This document shows positions 15,551-23,086 of a DNA stretch of 37,149 nucleotides, in pieces. The position numbers and the translations under genes were made by a program. The notes below the pieces were generated by a model. That model had not been told where the DNA came from and ran no database searches. It saw nothing but the letters and a program-made list of their open reading frames with translations. Numbering within the stretch: position 1 is the stretch's first letter; the number at the start of each line of letters is the position of its first letter. The stretch comes from Helicobacteraceae bacterium (GTDB taxonomy: Bacteria; Campylobacterota; Campylobacteria; Campylobacterales; SZUA-545). The DNA lies in the NCBI GenBank assembly GCA_031273735.1, contig JAISRI010000213.1, positions 1-37,149 on the forward strand. The letters run 5' to 3'.

Positions 15551-15722
15551 CTAAACAAGGGGTGCGCGGTGGAATGGCTAGGAATAATATTTGTGATGGC
15601 GATCGCGGCGCTTTTGATGCGCAAGGGAATAAGCGCATTTCGAGATGAATGATATTAGCCATTGAGTTTTGGAGGTTGCAAAACTCAACTTGATATGCCA
15701 ATACAGAAAGGAAAATAAGGCA

Positions 15723-15950
15723 ATGGCAAAGCTATTTAAGATAGCGTTTATTGTGGGCTTGTTGGCGCTAAACGCTCTCATTCCGCAAGGCTTAAACGCG
15801 CAAACTCAAGCCGAGTTTAGCTACAACAAAGGTATGGCGCATTTAAGCGGAAACGGAGCGCCATTTAGCCACTATAAAGCGTTGGAATGTTTCAAAGAGG
15901 CGTGCAACTTAGGTTCGCAAAAAGGTTGCGGCGCCTATGGGGAAAGATGA
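15723..15950 (+). CDS. Secreted single Sel1-like-repeat, Cys-rich (Hcp-like) protein
   Basis: An SD (AGGAAAATAAGG) precedes ATG 15723. Signal peptide MAKLFKIAFIVGLLALNALIPQGLNA. GMAHLSGNGAPFSHYKALECFKEACNLGSQKGCGAY fits the SLR/Hcp A..yfekAC.lg...gC pattern. Confidence 0.6.
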   Translation: MAKLFKIAFIVGLLALNALIPQGLNAQTQAEFSYNKGMAHLSGNGAPFSHYKALECFKEACNLGSQKGCGAYGER

Positions 15951-16051
15951 AAATGATCGGTAAAGCGTTTATCGTTTTGGTTTTATCGGCGGCTTTCGCG
16001 CTTGATTGCGATAGCTTGATATGGGCAAACCTAATTTTGGAGGATAGGTAA
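15947..16051 (+). pseudogene. Signal-peptide-only remnant of a TPR-family paralog (34 codons)
   Basis: MKMIGKAFIVLVLSAAFAL... closely matches the N-termini of the proteins at 16453 and 17260, at both DNA and protein level. It then terminates. Confidence 0.4.
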
Positions 16052-16426
16052 GTGGAGGTAGAAGATTTTGTTAAAGCGTTTTTTGGGATTGCGGTTTTTA
16101 CTCTTTTGATATACCTTCCCATTCGTAACAACGACAACATACCCCAATCTTTTCCCAACGCTCTAAAAAGCGATCGACAGATAAAGAAAGAAGAGCAAAA
16201 ATGGAGAAACGATTTACAGCAAATGGGAAGAGCAAACGCTAAATACTACTTCGATCAAGGTATGGCGCACTATACGGGAAAAGGCGCTATATTGAGTCAC
16301 GAAAAAGCGTTGGATAGCTTTGAGAGTGCGTGCAATATAGGTTTGCAAGAGGGCTGCAACGCCTATAACAAATTGATTAGATGTAAAAATGATTATTCTG
16401 GTTGCGGACGCAATTGGATTTATTGA
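16052..16426 (+). CDS. Membrane-anchored Sel1-like-repeat, Cys-rich protein
   Basis: GGAGGA lies 7 nt upstream of GTG 16052. N-terminal TM helix FFGIAVFTLLIYLPI. YFDQGMAHYTGKGAILSHEKALDSFESACNIGLQEGCNAY is paralogous to the repeat at 15723-15950. Confidence 0.6.
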   Translation: MEVEDFVKAFFGIAVFTLLIYLPIRNNDNIPQSFPNALKSDRQIKKEEQKWRNDLQQMGRANAKYYFDQGMAHYTGKGAILSHEKALDSFESACNIGLQEGCNAYNKLIRCKNDYSGCGRNWIY

Positions 16427-16452
16427 ATGCCTAAATAGAAAAGGAGAAAAAG

Positions 16453-17076
16453 GTGAGGTTTATTGTTCGAGCGTTTATCGCTTTGGTTTTAACGGCGGTT
16501 TTTGCTTATGCGGATAGCGTCGATAAAGGAATTGCGGCTTTTGAAAACGGTAATTTGCAAGAGGCAGTTAAACAATTTTCGATCGCCATCAAAGAAAATC
16601 CAAAAAGGGACGCCGCTTATGTTTTGCGCGGATTGGCTTACGGTAGTTTAGGCGATTATTCCAAAGCGATTGCCGATTTCACCCAAGCGATTAAGCTCGA
16701 TCCGAACGATGCCGGCGCATATAGGATGCGCGGGTTTATTTATCTAAAATTCGAAGACAACGCTAAAGCGCTAAGCGATTTTTCTAGGGCGATAAGAATC
16801 AATCCAAACGATGCGGTGTCATACAGTATGCGCGCTGTCATATTTAATCTTTCCGGCGACTTTCAGTCTGCAATGCAGGACGCTCGTAAAGCGTGCGATC
16901 TTGGCGACTGCGAAGGACTGTTGCTTATTCAAAAGAATCAACCTAAAAGCCAGCAAGCTAAACGCGAGGAGTTTTGTTGGAATATGCTTACGCACGGACA
17001 AAACTTAAGCGGAGGAGCATACGAAGAATATATGAAAACAGTAGAAAAAATGGGTTGTTTGAATCCATATCGGTAA
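16453..17076 (+). CDS. Secreted TPR-repeat protein
   Basis: Signal peptide ending AYA/DS. It carries 34-aa TPR units (AYVLRGLAYGSLGDYSKAIADFTQAIKLDPNDA and others). The first 150 nt or so are near-identical to 17260-17410. Confidence 0.8.
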   Translation: MRFIVRAFIALVLTAVFAYADSVDKGIAAFENGNLQEAVKQFSIAIKENPKRDAAYVLRGLAYGSLGDYSKAIADFTQAIKLDPNDAGAYRMRGFIYLKFEDNAKALSDFSRAIRINPNDAVSYSMRAVIFNLSGDFQSAMQDARKACDLGDCEGLLLIQKNQPKSQQAKREEFCWNMLTHGQNLSGGAYEEYMKTVEKMGCLNPYR

Positions 17077-17122
17077 CGCCATTATTTATGCGTCGTTAAA
17101 ACTATAAAAGAGTAACGAAAAA

Positions 17123-17197
17123 CGCAAGAAAGCGTGCGAACTAGGCGATTGCCGTGTATTACAATTTCTAGGCGAAAATAAGTTGATTCGCGACTGA
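17123..17197 (+). pseudogene. Orphan 3' fragment of a TPR-family paralog
   Basis: 17123-17215 aligns by eye with 17688-17781, which covers the last 25 codons or so, the stop and about 20 nt of 3' flank of the gene at 17260-17763. No upstream ORF is attached to it. Confidence 0.5.
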
Positions 17198-17259
17198 AAT
17201 TGTAAGTAACGATCTATCTTTGCTATATGTAAAACAATGTAAATAAAGAAAGGATAAAA

Positions 17260-17763
17260 ATGAGAACGATCGGTAAAGCGTTTATCGCTTTGGCTTTAAC
17301 GGCGGCTTTTGCTTATGCGGATAGCGCTGATAAAGGAATTGCGGCTTTTGAAAGCGGTAATTTTCAAGAGGCGGTTAAACAATTTTCGATTGCCATCAAA
17401 GAAAATCCAAAAAGCGCGTTCGCTTATGGTTTGCGCGGACATACCTACAATGAATTAGGCGATTACTCCAAATCGATCGCTGATTATACGCAAGCGATTA
17501 AGATCGATCCGAACCACGCAATGGCTTACAATAATCGCGGGAACGCTTACAGTATGTTAGGCGATTACGGCAAAGCGATCGTCGATTGGACGCAAGCGAT
17601 TAAAATAAATCCAAACCACGTCAAAGCTTACTATAATCGCGGACGCGCTTATGGCAAATTAGGCGATCTGAAAAATGCGACAAAAGACGCGAGAAAAGCG
17701 TGCGAACTAGGCGAATGCGGTATGTTGCAAATTCTAGGCAAAAATAAACTAATTCGCGATTGA
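17260..17763 (+). CDS. Secreted TPR-repeat protein
   Basis: Signal peptide, then four TPR units (AYGLRGHTYNELGDYSKSIADYTQAIKIDPNHA, AYNNRGNAYSMLGDYGKAIVDWTQAIKINPNH, and others). Confidence 0.85.
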   Translation: MRTIGKAFIALALTAAFAYADSADKGIAAFESGNFQEAVKQFSIAIKENPKSAFAYGLRGHTYNELGDYSKSIADYTQAIKIDPNHAMAYNNRGNAYSMLGDYGKAIVDWTQAIKINPNHVKAYYNRGRAYGKLGDLKNATKDARKACELGECGMLQILGKNKLIRD

Positions 17764-17814
17764 AATTATAAGTTGCAATCTGTTGTTTTGTTATAGGTAA
17801 ATCTGTCGTATTCG

Positions 17815-17893
17815 GTCATTCCTGTCCAAGTCAATCATTTCGTTGACGCTTTCTCTTCGCTTCAACGAAATGATTGACTTGGACAGGAAGGAC
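17815..17893. repeat. Long perfect-stem hairpin between convergent genes
   Basis: A 26-bp perfect inverted repeat, CCTGTCCAAGTCAATCATTTCGTTGA (17821-17846) with its complement at 17862-17887. It extends to 32 bp with one mismatch and has a 15-nt loop. The left end starts with GTCATTCC, like the repeat family at 0.2-5.4 kb. Confidence 0.75.
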
Positions 17894-17990
17894 TAAGCGT
17901 GGCGGATTTGTTGAAAATGCGCGTATTTTGCGATCGATTCTTGCTTTTATCCTTTAGGCTGAAAACGAGCGAGTTTTCGGAATTTGTTAA

Positions 17991-19535
17991 TTATTTAGAT
18001 TTAATGCCAATTCTGATCGCTTCGTCCATACTTGTTACTCCTTCGGCTACGAGGGAGATAAGCTGATGTTGCAAAGTCCGCATGCCTTTTTTAATAGCTA
18101 GATCGCGAATCGCGTGTTCTTCGATCGTCTCTTTGAAAAGCGCAATCGCTTCGTCGTCGGGAATAAACAGCTCGCCAATCGCCCTTCTGCCTTTGTAGCC
18201 CGTATGGTTGCATTCGGGGCAGCCGCCCGCTTTGTAGATTTTGGTTCCGCGTTTTATGCCAAACTCCGTTTCGTAACTTTCGGCTAACTCGTCTTCGATC
18301 TTGCATTTTTCGCATAACTTCCGCGCTAATCGCTGCGCCAAAACTCCCAAAAGCGACGAACTGACCAAAAACCGTTCTACGCCCATATCGACAAGCCGCG
18401 TGATCGCGCCCGTAGAGGTATTGGTGTGCAAAGTGGAAAAGACAAGGTGTCCCGTCAAAGCGGCTTGAATGGCAATCGACGCCGTTTCGCCGTCGCGTAT
18501 TTCGCCGATCATCACCACGTCGGGATCTTGACGCAAGATTGATCTTAAGCCCGCCGCGAAAGTAAGCCCCACTTTGGCGTTTGCTTGAACCTGATTGATA
18601 TTGTCCGCTTTGTATTCTACGGGGTCTTCCACGGTGATCACATTCTTTTGCGGCGTGGCGATCTGTTGCAAAAAACTATGAAGCGTGGTAGATTTGCCGC
18701 TTCCCGTAGGTCCTGTAACGAGAATGATCCCGTGCGAGTGTTCCAGTAGCGCCGCTAAACGCGCGATCAAGCTCGGCTCGAAGCCAAGCTGTTGCAGATG
18801 GGGAATCTCCGCGCTCTCCATCAATATCCGCATAACGACGCGTTCGCCGTAGTATGTCGGCAACACGGAAACGCGAATATCCAAAGCGCGTTTGGCGATA
18901 TTAACCTGCGTGCGCCCGTCTTGAGCCAGGCGCTTTTCGGATATATCGAGGTTGCTTATGACCTTTATGCGGCTGATCACAAGATTGATAATGCGTAGAT
19001 CCAGATCGACGTATTTAACCAAAGCGCCGTCGATCCTAAAGCGCACTTCGCCTTTGCGTTCGTGCGCTTCGATGTGAATGTCGCTTGCGCCCTTTTTGAT
19101 AGCCTGATAAAAGAGCGCGTTGACAAAACGAATAATTGGGGCGGCTTCCTCGCTGTTAAGCAGATCGGCTTTGTTGCGCAAAAACTCGGCTAGGCTAAAG
19201 CCCTCTTCCTCTTCGGCGACCTCGTTTATGCGATTGTCCGCGCCGCCGATCGCGCTTAACTCCTTATCCGTGCGTTGTTCTAAAAAGCGATTATAGAGGC
19301 GATCGAAGCTCTCTTGATCAAGCAGGTAAATCGGCGCTTCGGGCGCGTATTTACTAAGAAAGCCTAGCGATTCCGCCAAATATGGTTCGCCAAGACAGAT
19401 CGCGACTTCGCCGCCGACCTTCGCAAAAAGCGCGTAGTATTTTAGCGCCAGCGCGGAGTCGATCCCCTCGAAAGAGGAGGGCTCTAAATCGTGGCGGCTA
19501 AGTCTTTGAAACTCAACGTTTGCGGCTATCGACAT
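17991..19535 (-). CDS. gspE: Type II secretion ATPase GspE (PulE family)
   Basis: Walker A GPTGSGKST. It also has Asp/His boxes, DPDVVMIGEIRD, and a C-terminal tetracysteine motif (CEKC...CPEC). Confidence 0.88.
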   Translation of the reverse strand: MSIAANVEFQRLSRHDLEPSSFEGIDSALALKYYALFAKVGGEVAICLGEPYLAESLGFLSKYAPEAPIYLLDQESFDRLYNRFLEQRTDKELSAIGGADNRINEVAEEEEGFSLAEFLRNKADLLNSEEAAPIIRFVNALFYQAIKKGASDIHIEAHERKGEVRFRIDGALVKYVDLDLRIINLVISRIKVISNLDISEKRLAQDGRTQVNIAKRALDIRVSVLPTYYGERVVMRILMESAEIPHLQQLGFEPSLIARLAALLEHSHGIILVTGPTGSGKSTTLHSFLQQIATPQKNVITVEDPVEYKADNINQVQANAKVGLTFAAGLRSILRQDPDVVMIGEIRDGETASIAIQAALTGHLVFSTLHTNTSTGAITRLVDMGVERFLVSSSLLGVLAQRLARKLCEKCKIEDELAESYETEFGIKRGTKIYKAGGCPECNHTGYKGRRAIGELFIPDDEAIALFKETIEEHAIRDLAIKKGMRTLQHQLISLVAEGVTSMDEAIRIGIKSK

Positions 19536-21348
19536 GTTTGATAATCTCTTTGGCGTATTGCAAACGAATCGCTTCCAGTTGGCTTAAACGCGCTCTTAAA
19601 GACGATAGATCCTCGCTTTTTTCCACAATATAGGGCGTTACGATCACGACCAGACTCGTTTTATTGATACCCTCTTGCGTGTTACGAAAGAGATTGCCCA
19701 CAAAGGGGATCGCCGAAACGAACGGCACTTTTGTTTCCGTTTTGATCTCTTCGTTTTTGATCAGCCCGCCCAAAATCACGGGTTCGCCGTCGCTAACGAT
19801 TGCGCTTGTTAAAACGCGCCGTTTGGTCGTCGTGGGTTGCGCGCTTCCATCTACGCCTACGATCCCTTCTAGTTGGGCTTCGATCGTGAGCGCGACTTTT
19901 TTATTGGTCGAAAGGCGCGGTTTGACTTTTAGCGTTAAACCGATGTCCTGACGAGCGTAGTTTCTTGTGGGAATACCCGCGCTTGTCGTCGTTTCCGACG
20001 TTAGAATCGATCGCGTTTCGCCCACGTAAATCGTGGATTCTTTGTTATTGACGCAGAGAATCGACGGTTCGGATAGCACTTCCGCGGCTTGGTTGCTGGT
20101 AAGCAGGTTTAATCCCACGCCCACCGCCAGCGCGGTCGCGCTTTCAACTTTGACGTTGCCGTTTGCGTCGGTTTTTTGCAGTTGGCTTAAAATAGCCCCG
20201 CTCACCGCCGCAGGAACGCTTCCCGTAAGCGAAGCGCCTAAGGTGTATATGCCGTTGCCGCCTACAGCCGCGCCGTCTACGCCGTAGGTTATGCCAATCT
20301 GATCGGCTAGGCTGTCGCTGATTTCGACGATCGTCGCTTGAACATAGACCTGTTGGCGCGGCAGATCGAGAGATTTAATCAGCGCCTTGATCGACGCTAC
20401 GTCTTCGGGCATTCCTACCGCGATTATCACGTTCATCTCTTCGTCGGCGCTAAGGGTGGGTTTTATCTTTTGTTCGGCGGGATTGGCGACGGTTTTATCT
20501 AAAACGCCGGTAAGGATTTTGACAAGCGCGGTCGCTTCGGAGTTTTGCAGAAATATAACCTCCGCCGAAGGCGTGGCTTTGTTGTTTTCCACGTCGAGGC
20601 GATTGATAATCGATTTAATCATAGCGATATGCTTCGGTCTGCCCGTAACGAGGATCGCGTTGGAAGCGTCGTCTTTTAGGATTTGAACTTCGTTATCGAC
20701 CACTCGCGGGTTTAACACGCCCTTGACGATCTGTTGCAAAGAGGTTACGATCGACGCGGCTTTGACGTTTTTAAGCGCGATAAACTCGACGGTTAAAGCG
20801 CGTTTATCTACAAGATCGCCGATTACCTGCCGAATCGTGTTGATATTGGACGGATAGTCGCTCACCACCATCGAATTGGACTCTCTCATCGTTACGAGTT
20901 TGGCGGCGGGCGAAAGCAGATGACGGATTTTTTGGACGATAATATCTACGTTCTCCTCTTCGATACGAATCGTCTGCGTTACCATAAGAGAGCCGCTCGC
21001 CGTTCCGCTGACGACGGGGATATTCTCCTGCGCGGCTTCGGCTAAACGCACCACTTTATAGTAGCTTCCTTCCTCGACGAGCGTCAAACCACGCGTGGCT
21101 AAAACGCTCAAGGCAAGCTGCAAAATATCGTCTTTATAAACCTCGCTGGCGCTGATAAAATCGACGTTTCCAGCGACTCGCTGCGCAAGAAGCAGATTTT
21201 TGCCCATAATCCTAGAAGTCATCTTCAAAAACTCTTCGATCGGCAGATCGGTAAAATTTATCTCGACGGTCTGCCGAGCGCTCTGCGGGGGCGCGGCAAA
21301 ACATAGGCAAAATAACGTCAAAACGACGCTAACGAATCTCATAGGCAA
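19513..21348 (-). CDS. gspD: Secretin, GspD-type
   Basis: Signal peptide, N0/N1-like repeats and a C-terminal secretin core (VLSEPSILCVNNKESTIYVGE...VPFVSAIPFVGNLFR...LVVIVTPYIV). Confidence 0.88.
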   Translation of the reverse strand: MPMRFVSVVLTLFCLCFAAPPQSARQTVEINFTDLPIEEFLKMTSRIMGKNLLLAQRVAGNVDFISASEVYKDDILQLALSVLATRGLTLVEEGSYYKVVRLAEAAQENIPVVSGTASGSLMVTQTIRIEEENVDIIVQKIRHLLSPAAKLVTMRESNSMVVSDYPSNINTIRQVIGDLVDKRALTVEFIALKNVKAASIVTSLQQIVKGVLNPRVVDNEVQILKDDASNAILVTGRPKHIAMIKSIINRLDVENNKATPSAEVIFLQNSEATALVKILTGVLDKTVANPAEQKIKPTLSADEEMNVIIAVGMPEDVASIKALIKSLDLPRQQVYVQATIVEISDSLADQIGITYGVDGAAVGGNGIYTLGASLTGSVPAAVSGAILSQLQKTDANGNVKVESATALAVGVGLNLLTSNQAAEVLSEPSILCVNNKESTIYVGETRSILTSETTTSAGIPTRNYARQDIGLTLKVKPRLSTNKKVALTIEAQLEGIVGVDGSAQPTTTKRRVLTSAIVSDGEPVILGGLIKNEEIKTETKVPFVSAIPFVGNLFRNTQEGINKTSLVVIVTPYIVEKSEDLSSLRARLSQLEAIRLQYAKEIIKHVDSRKR

Positions 21349-22165
21349 GCTCTTTTATTTGGTTATTTCTGATAATCGTCATACGAAAGCTATCCATTTT
21401 ATCGATCTCCGCATAAAGGCGCAGAGCGGCGGCGTATCCGTCCAACTCGATGCCGTTCGCGCTTTTAAGCGCGTCTCCCGCTTGCAAGCCCAATTCGCTA
21501 AAAACCGAGTTTTTCGCCACGAAAGTTACGCGAAACTCTTTAAACTTCCCGTTTTCCGAAATCGGCGCGATTCCAATATTATCCCAAATCAAGCGAGGGT
21601 TTTGGCGGTATTTCGCAAGCTCGTCGCGTCCGACGACGCTTTTTGTTTGCGGCGCGTTGATCGCGCTTTGCGCGGCGCTTCTCGCGCCCGATCCTATCCG
21701 CGCTTCGCGGGTTTTATCCTCGAGGTTTAGCGCGTAGCTTGCCCCGTCTTTTAAAAAGATCGCCTTTTTCGACTCGACCGCGTTAAGCGTGTAGCCCCGC
21801 AGATTTTCGCCTACGCCGACAAAGGTTAGCGTTTTGCCGTCGTCGATAACTACGAAGCCGTTTTTGTCGCCTTCGGCGTAGATCGCCTTTAGCTTTAACC
21901 CGTCGAGCGATAGGGCGATTGGAGTCGAGGCGGTAGCGGAGCCGTTTTGCGCGATTGCCGCGTCGCCGATTCCCAAAGCGCGTTCTAGCGGATAGGAGCG
22001 CGCAAAGTTAAAGGGCGCGGAAAAGGTCTTTTCGATCGAGCTATCGGGCAGAAAAAGTCTTGCGATCGCCGCGGCTAAAGCGAACGAAGCGCAGAGAAAA
22101 CCAAAGGCGGCAAACCTAGTCTGCCACTCTGGAGAAAGCCTGTCAATAATCATACGCATAGACAA
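21329..22165 (-). CDS. gspC: GspC-like protein (N-terminal TM plus C-terminal PDZ)
   Basis: TM helix FAAFGFLCASFALAAAIARLF. PDZ-like FRVTFVAKNSVFSELGLQAGDALKSANGIELDG sits immediately upstream of gspD. Confidence 0.6.
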   Translation of the reverse strand: MSMRMIIDRLSPEWQTRFAAFGFLCASFALAAAIARLFLPDSSIEKTFSAPFNFARSYPLERALGIGDAAIAQNGSATASTPIALSLDGLKLKAIYAEGDKNGFVVIDDGKTLTFVGVGENLRGYTLNAVESKKAIFLKDGASYALNLEDKTREARIGSGARSAAQSAINAPQTKSVVGRDELAKYRQNPRLIWDNIGIAPISENGKFKEFRVTFVAKNSVFSELGLQAGDALKSANGIELDGYAAALRLYAEIDKMDSFRMTIIRNNQIKELAYEIR

Positions 22166-22673
22166 ATCCTTCTGGCGTTTTCTCTAACCTAGCAAAAATC
22201 TGTCCATATTTTTGTTGAATTTGCGACGGCGCGTTAATTGCGAGGATTATTTTGCGAGAAAATAGGTCGATCGAGCCTGAAAACGCGCCAAATTCGCCTT
22301 CGCCGCTTAAAAAAATCTTATGCGGAACAAAAATCGTATGCCGCGCTTCTAAAAAATCTACCCTCGCGGGAACCGCCGCCGCAAGCTCGTTTGAAAGATT
22401 AAACGAAGCGATCGAAAGGCGGTTGTAAAAGATTGTCGTTAAAAAAGAGATATTTTCGTTCTTGGCGGCGTTCATCTTGTCGTATACGATCGAGCCGCCT
22501 TTAAGCGAAAAGAGCCAGCCAAAATCCGACGCCTCTTCGCCGTTAATGACGATATTCAGCGGTTCTAAATAGCGCTCGGCTAAAAAATATAGCTCTCTTT
22601 TAGGCGTGAAAAATACGAGCGCCTCCAAAACGACAATCGCCCAAATCAGACCCGCTACGATCTTTTTTACCAT
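22143..22673 (-). CDS. Bitopic T2SS accessory protein, GspN-like by position
   Basis: 176 aa with a single N-terminal TM helix. It is translationally coupled within the gsp cluster. The assignment rests on position and size only. Confidence 0.3.
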   Translation of the reverse strand: MVKKIVAGLIWAIVVLEALVFFTPKRELYFLAERYLEPLNIVINGEEASDFGWLFSLKGGSIVYDKMNAAKNENISFLTTIFYNRLSIASFNLSNELAAAVPARVDFLEARHTIFVPHKIFLSGEGEFGAFSGSIDLFSRKIILAINAPSQIQQKYGQIFARLEKTPEGFVYAYDY

Positions 22674-23086
22674 ACGATTTCCAAGCTAACGTCGGCGGAT
22701 TGATCCCCTTTGCGCTCCGCCGAAAAGCTCTTTAAAGGAATTGGCGATTCTAACAGCGTCCGCGTCAAACGGCTTAGCGCCGTCGCGTCGAGGTTTCTAT
22801 ACTCCGCTTTGATCCCCTGCGCGTTCTGTTGAGCGTTTCCGCGCTGTTTTAACGCTTCGTCGTTAAATAGCGTTTGCGCCTTTGACTTTACCGCTTGAGA
22901 GCTCTCCCACTCCGATCGGAGTCTGACGATTCGTTCCGCCGTTTGCGCGATTTTTTGGTTTTCCAGCCTCGCTTCGATCAGCGCGTTTTTCGCGGCGACG
23001 CGCCAAAGCAATAAAATAAATAGCGCCGCGCAAAGCGCCGTCAAAATGTGCCAGAGCTTAACTCTTACCATTTGATCGCCGCCCAA
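22667..23086 (-). CDS. Bitopic T2SS accessory protein, GspM-like by position
   Basis: 139 aa with an N-terminal TM helix (ILTALCAALFILLLW) and a coiled periplasmic part. It overlaps both neighbours. Confidence 0.35.
   Translation of the reverse strand: MGGDQMVRVKLWHILTALCAALFILLLWRVAAKNALIEARLENQKIAQTAERIVRLRSEWESSQAVKSKAQTLFNDEALKQRGNAQQNAQGIKAEYRNLDATALSRLTRTLLESPIPLKSFSAERKGDQSADVSLEIVW

Noticed and set aside
15403-15648. 81-aa ORF overlapping the small membrane-protein gene
   Set aside because: It is an out-of-frame overlap with no SD and an odd composition. The hydrophobic two-TM frame and the downstream 27-aa frame are more plausible.
21200-21730. 176-aa ORF antisense to gspD/gspC (also 19664-20686, 23312-24316 and 24542-24868)
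   Set aside because: These are shadow ORFs within the T2SS genes and have no independent support.
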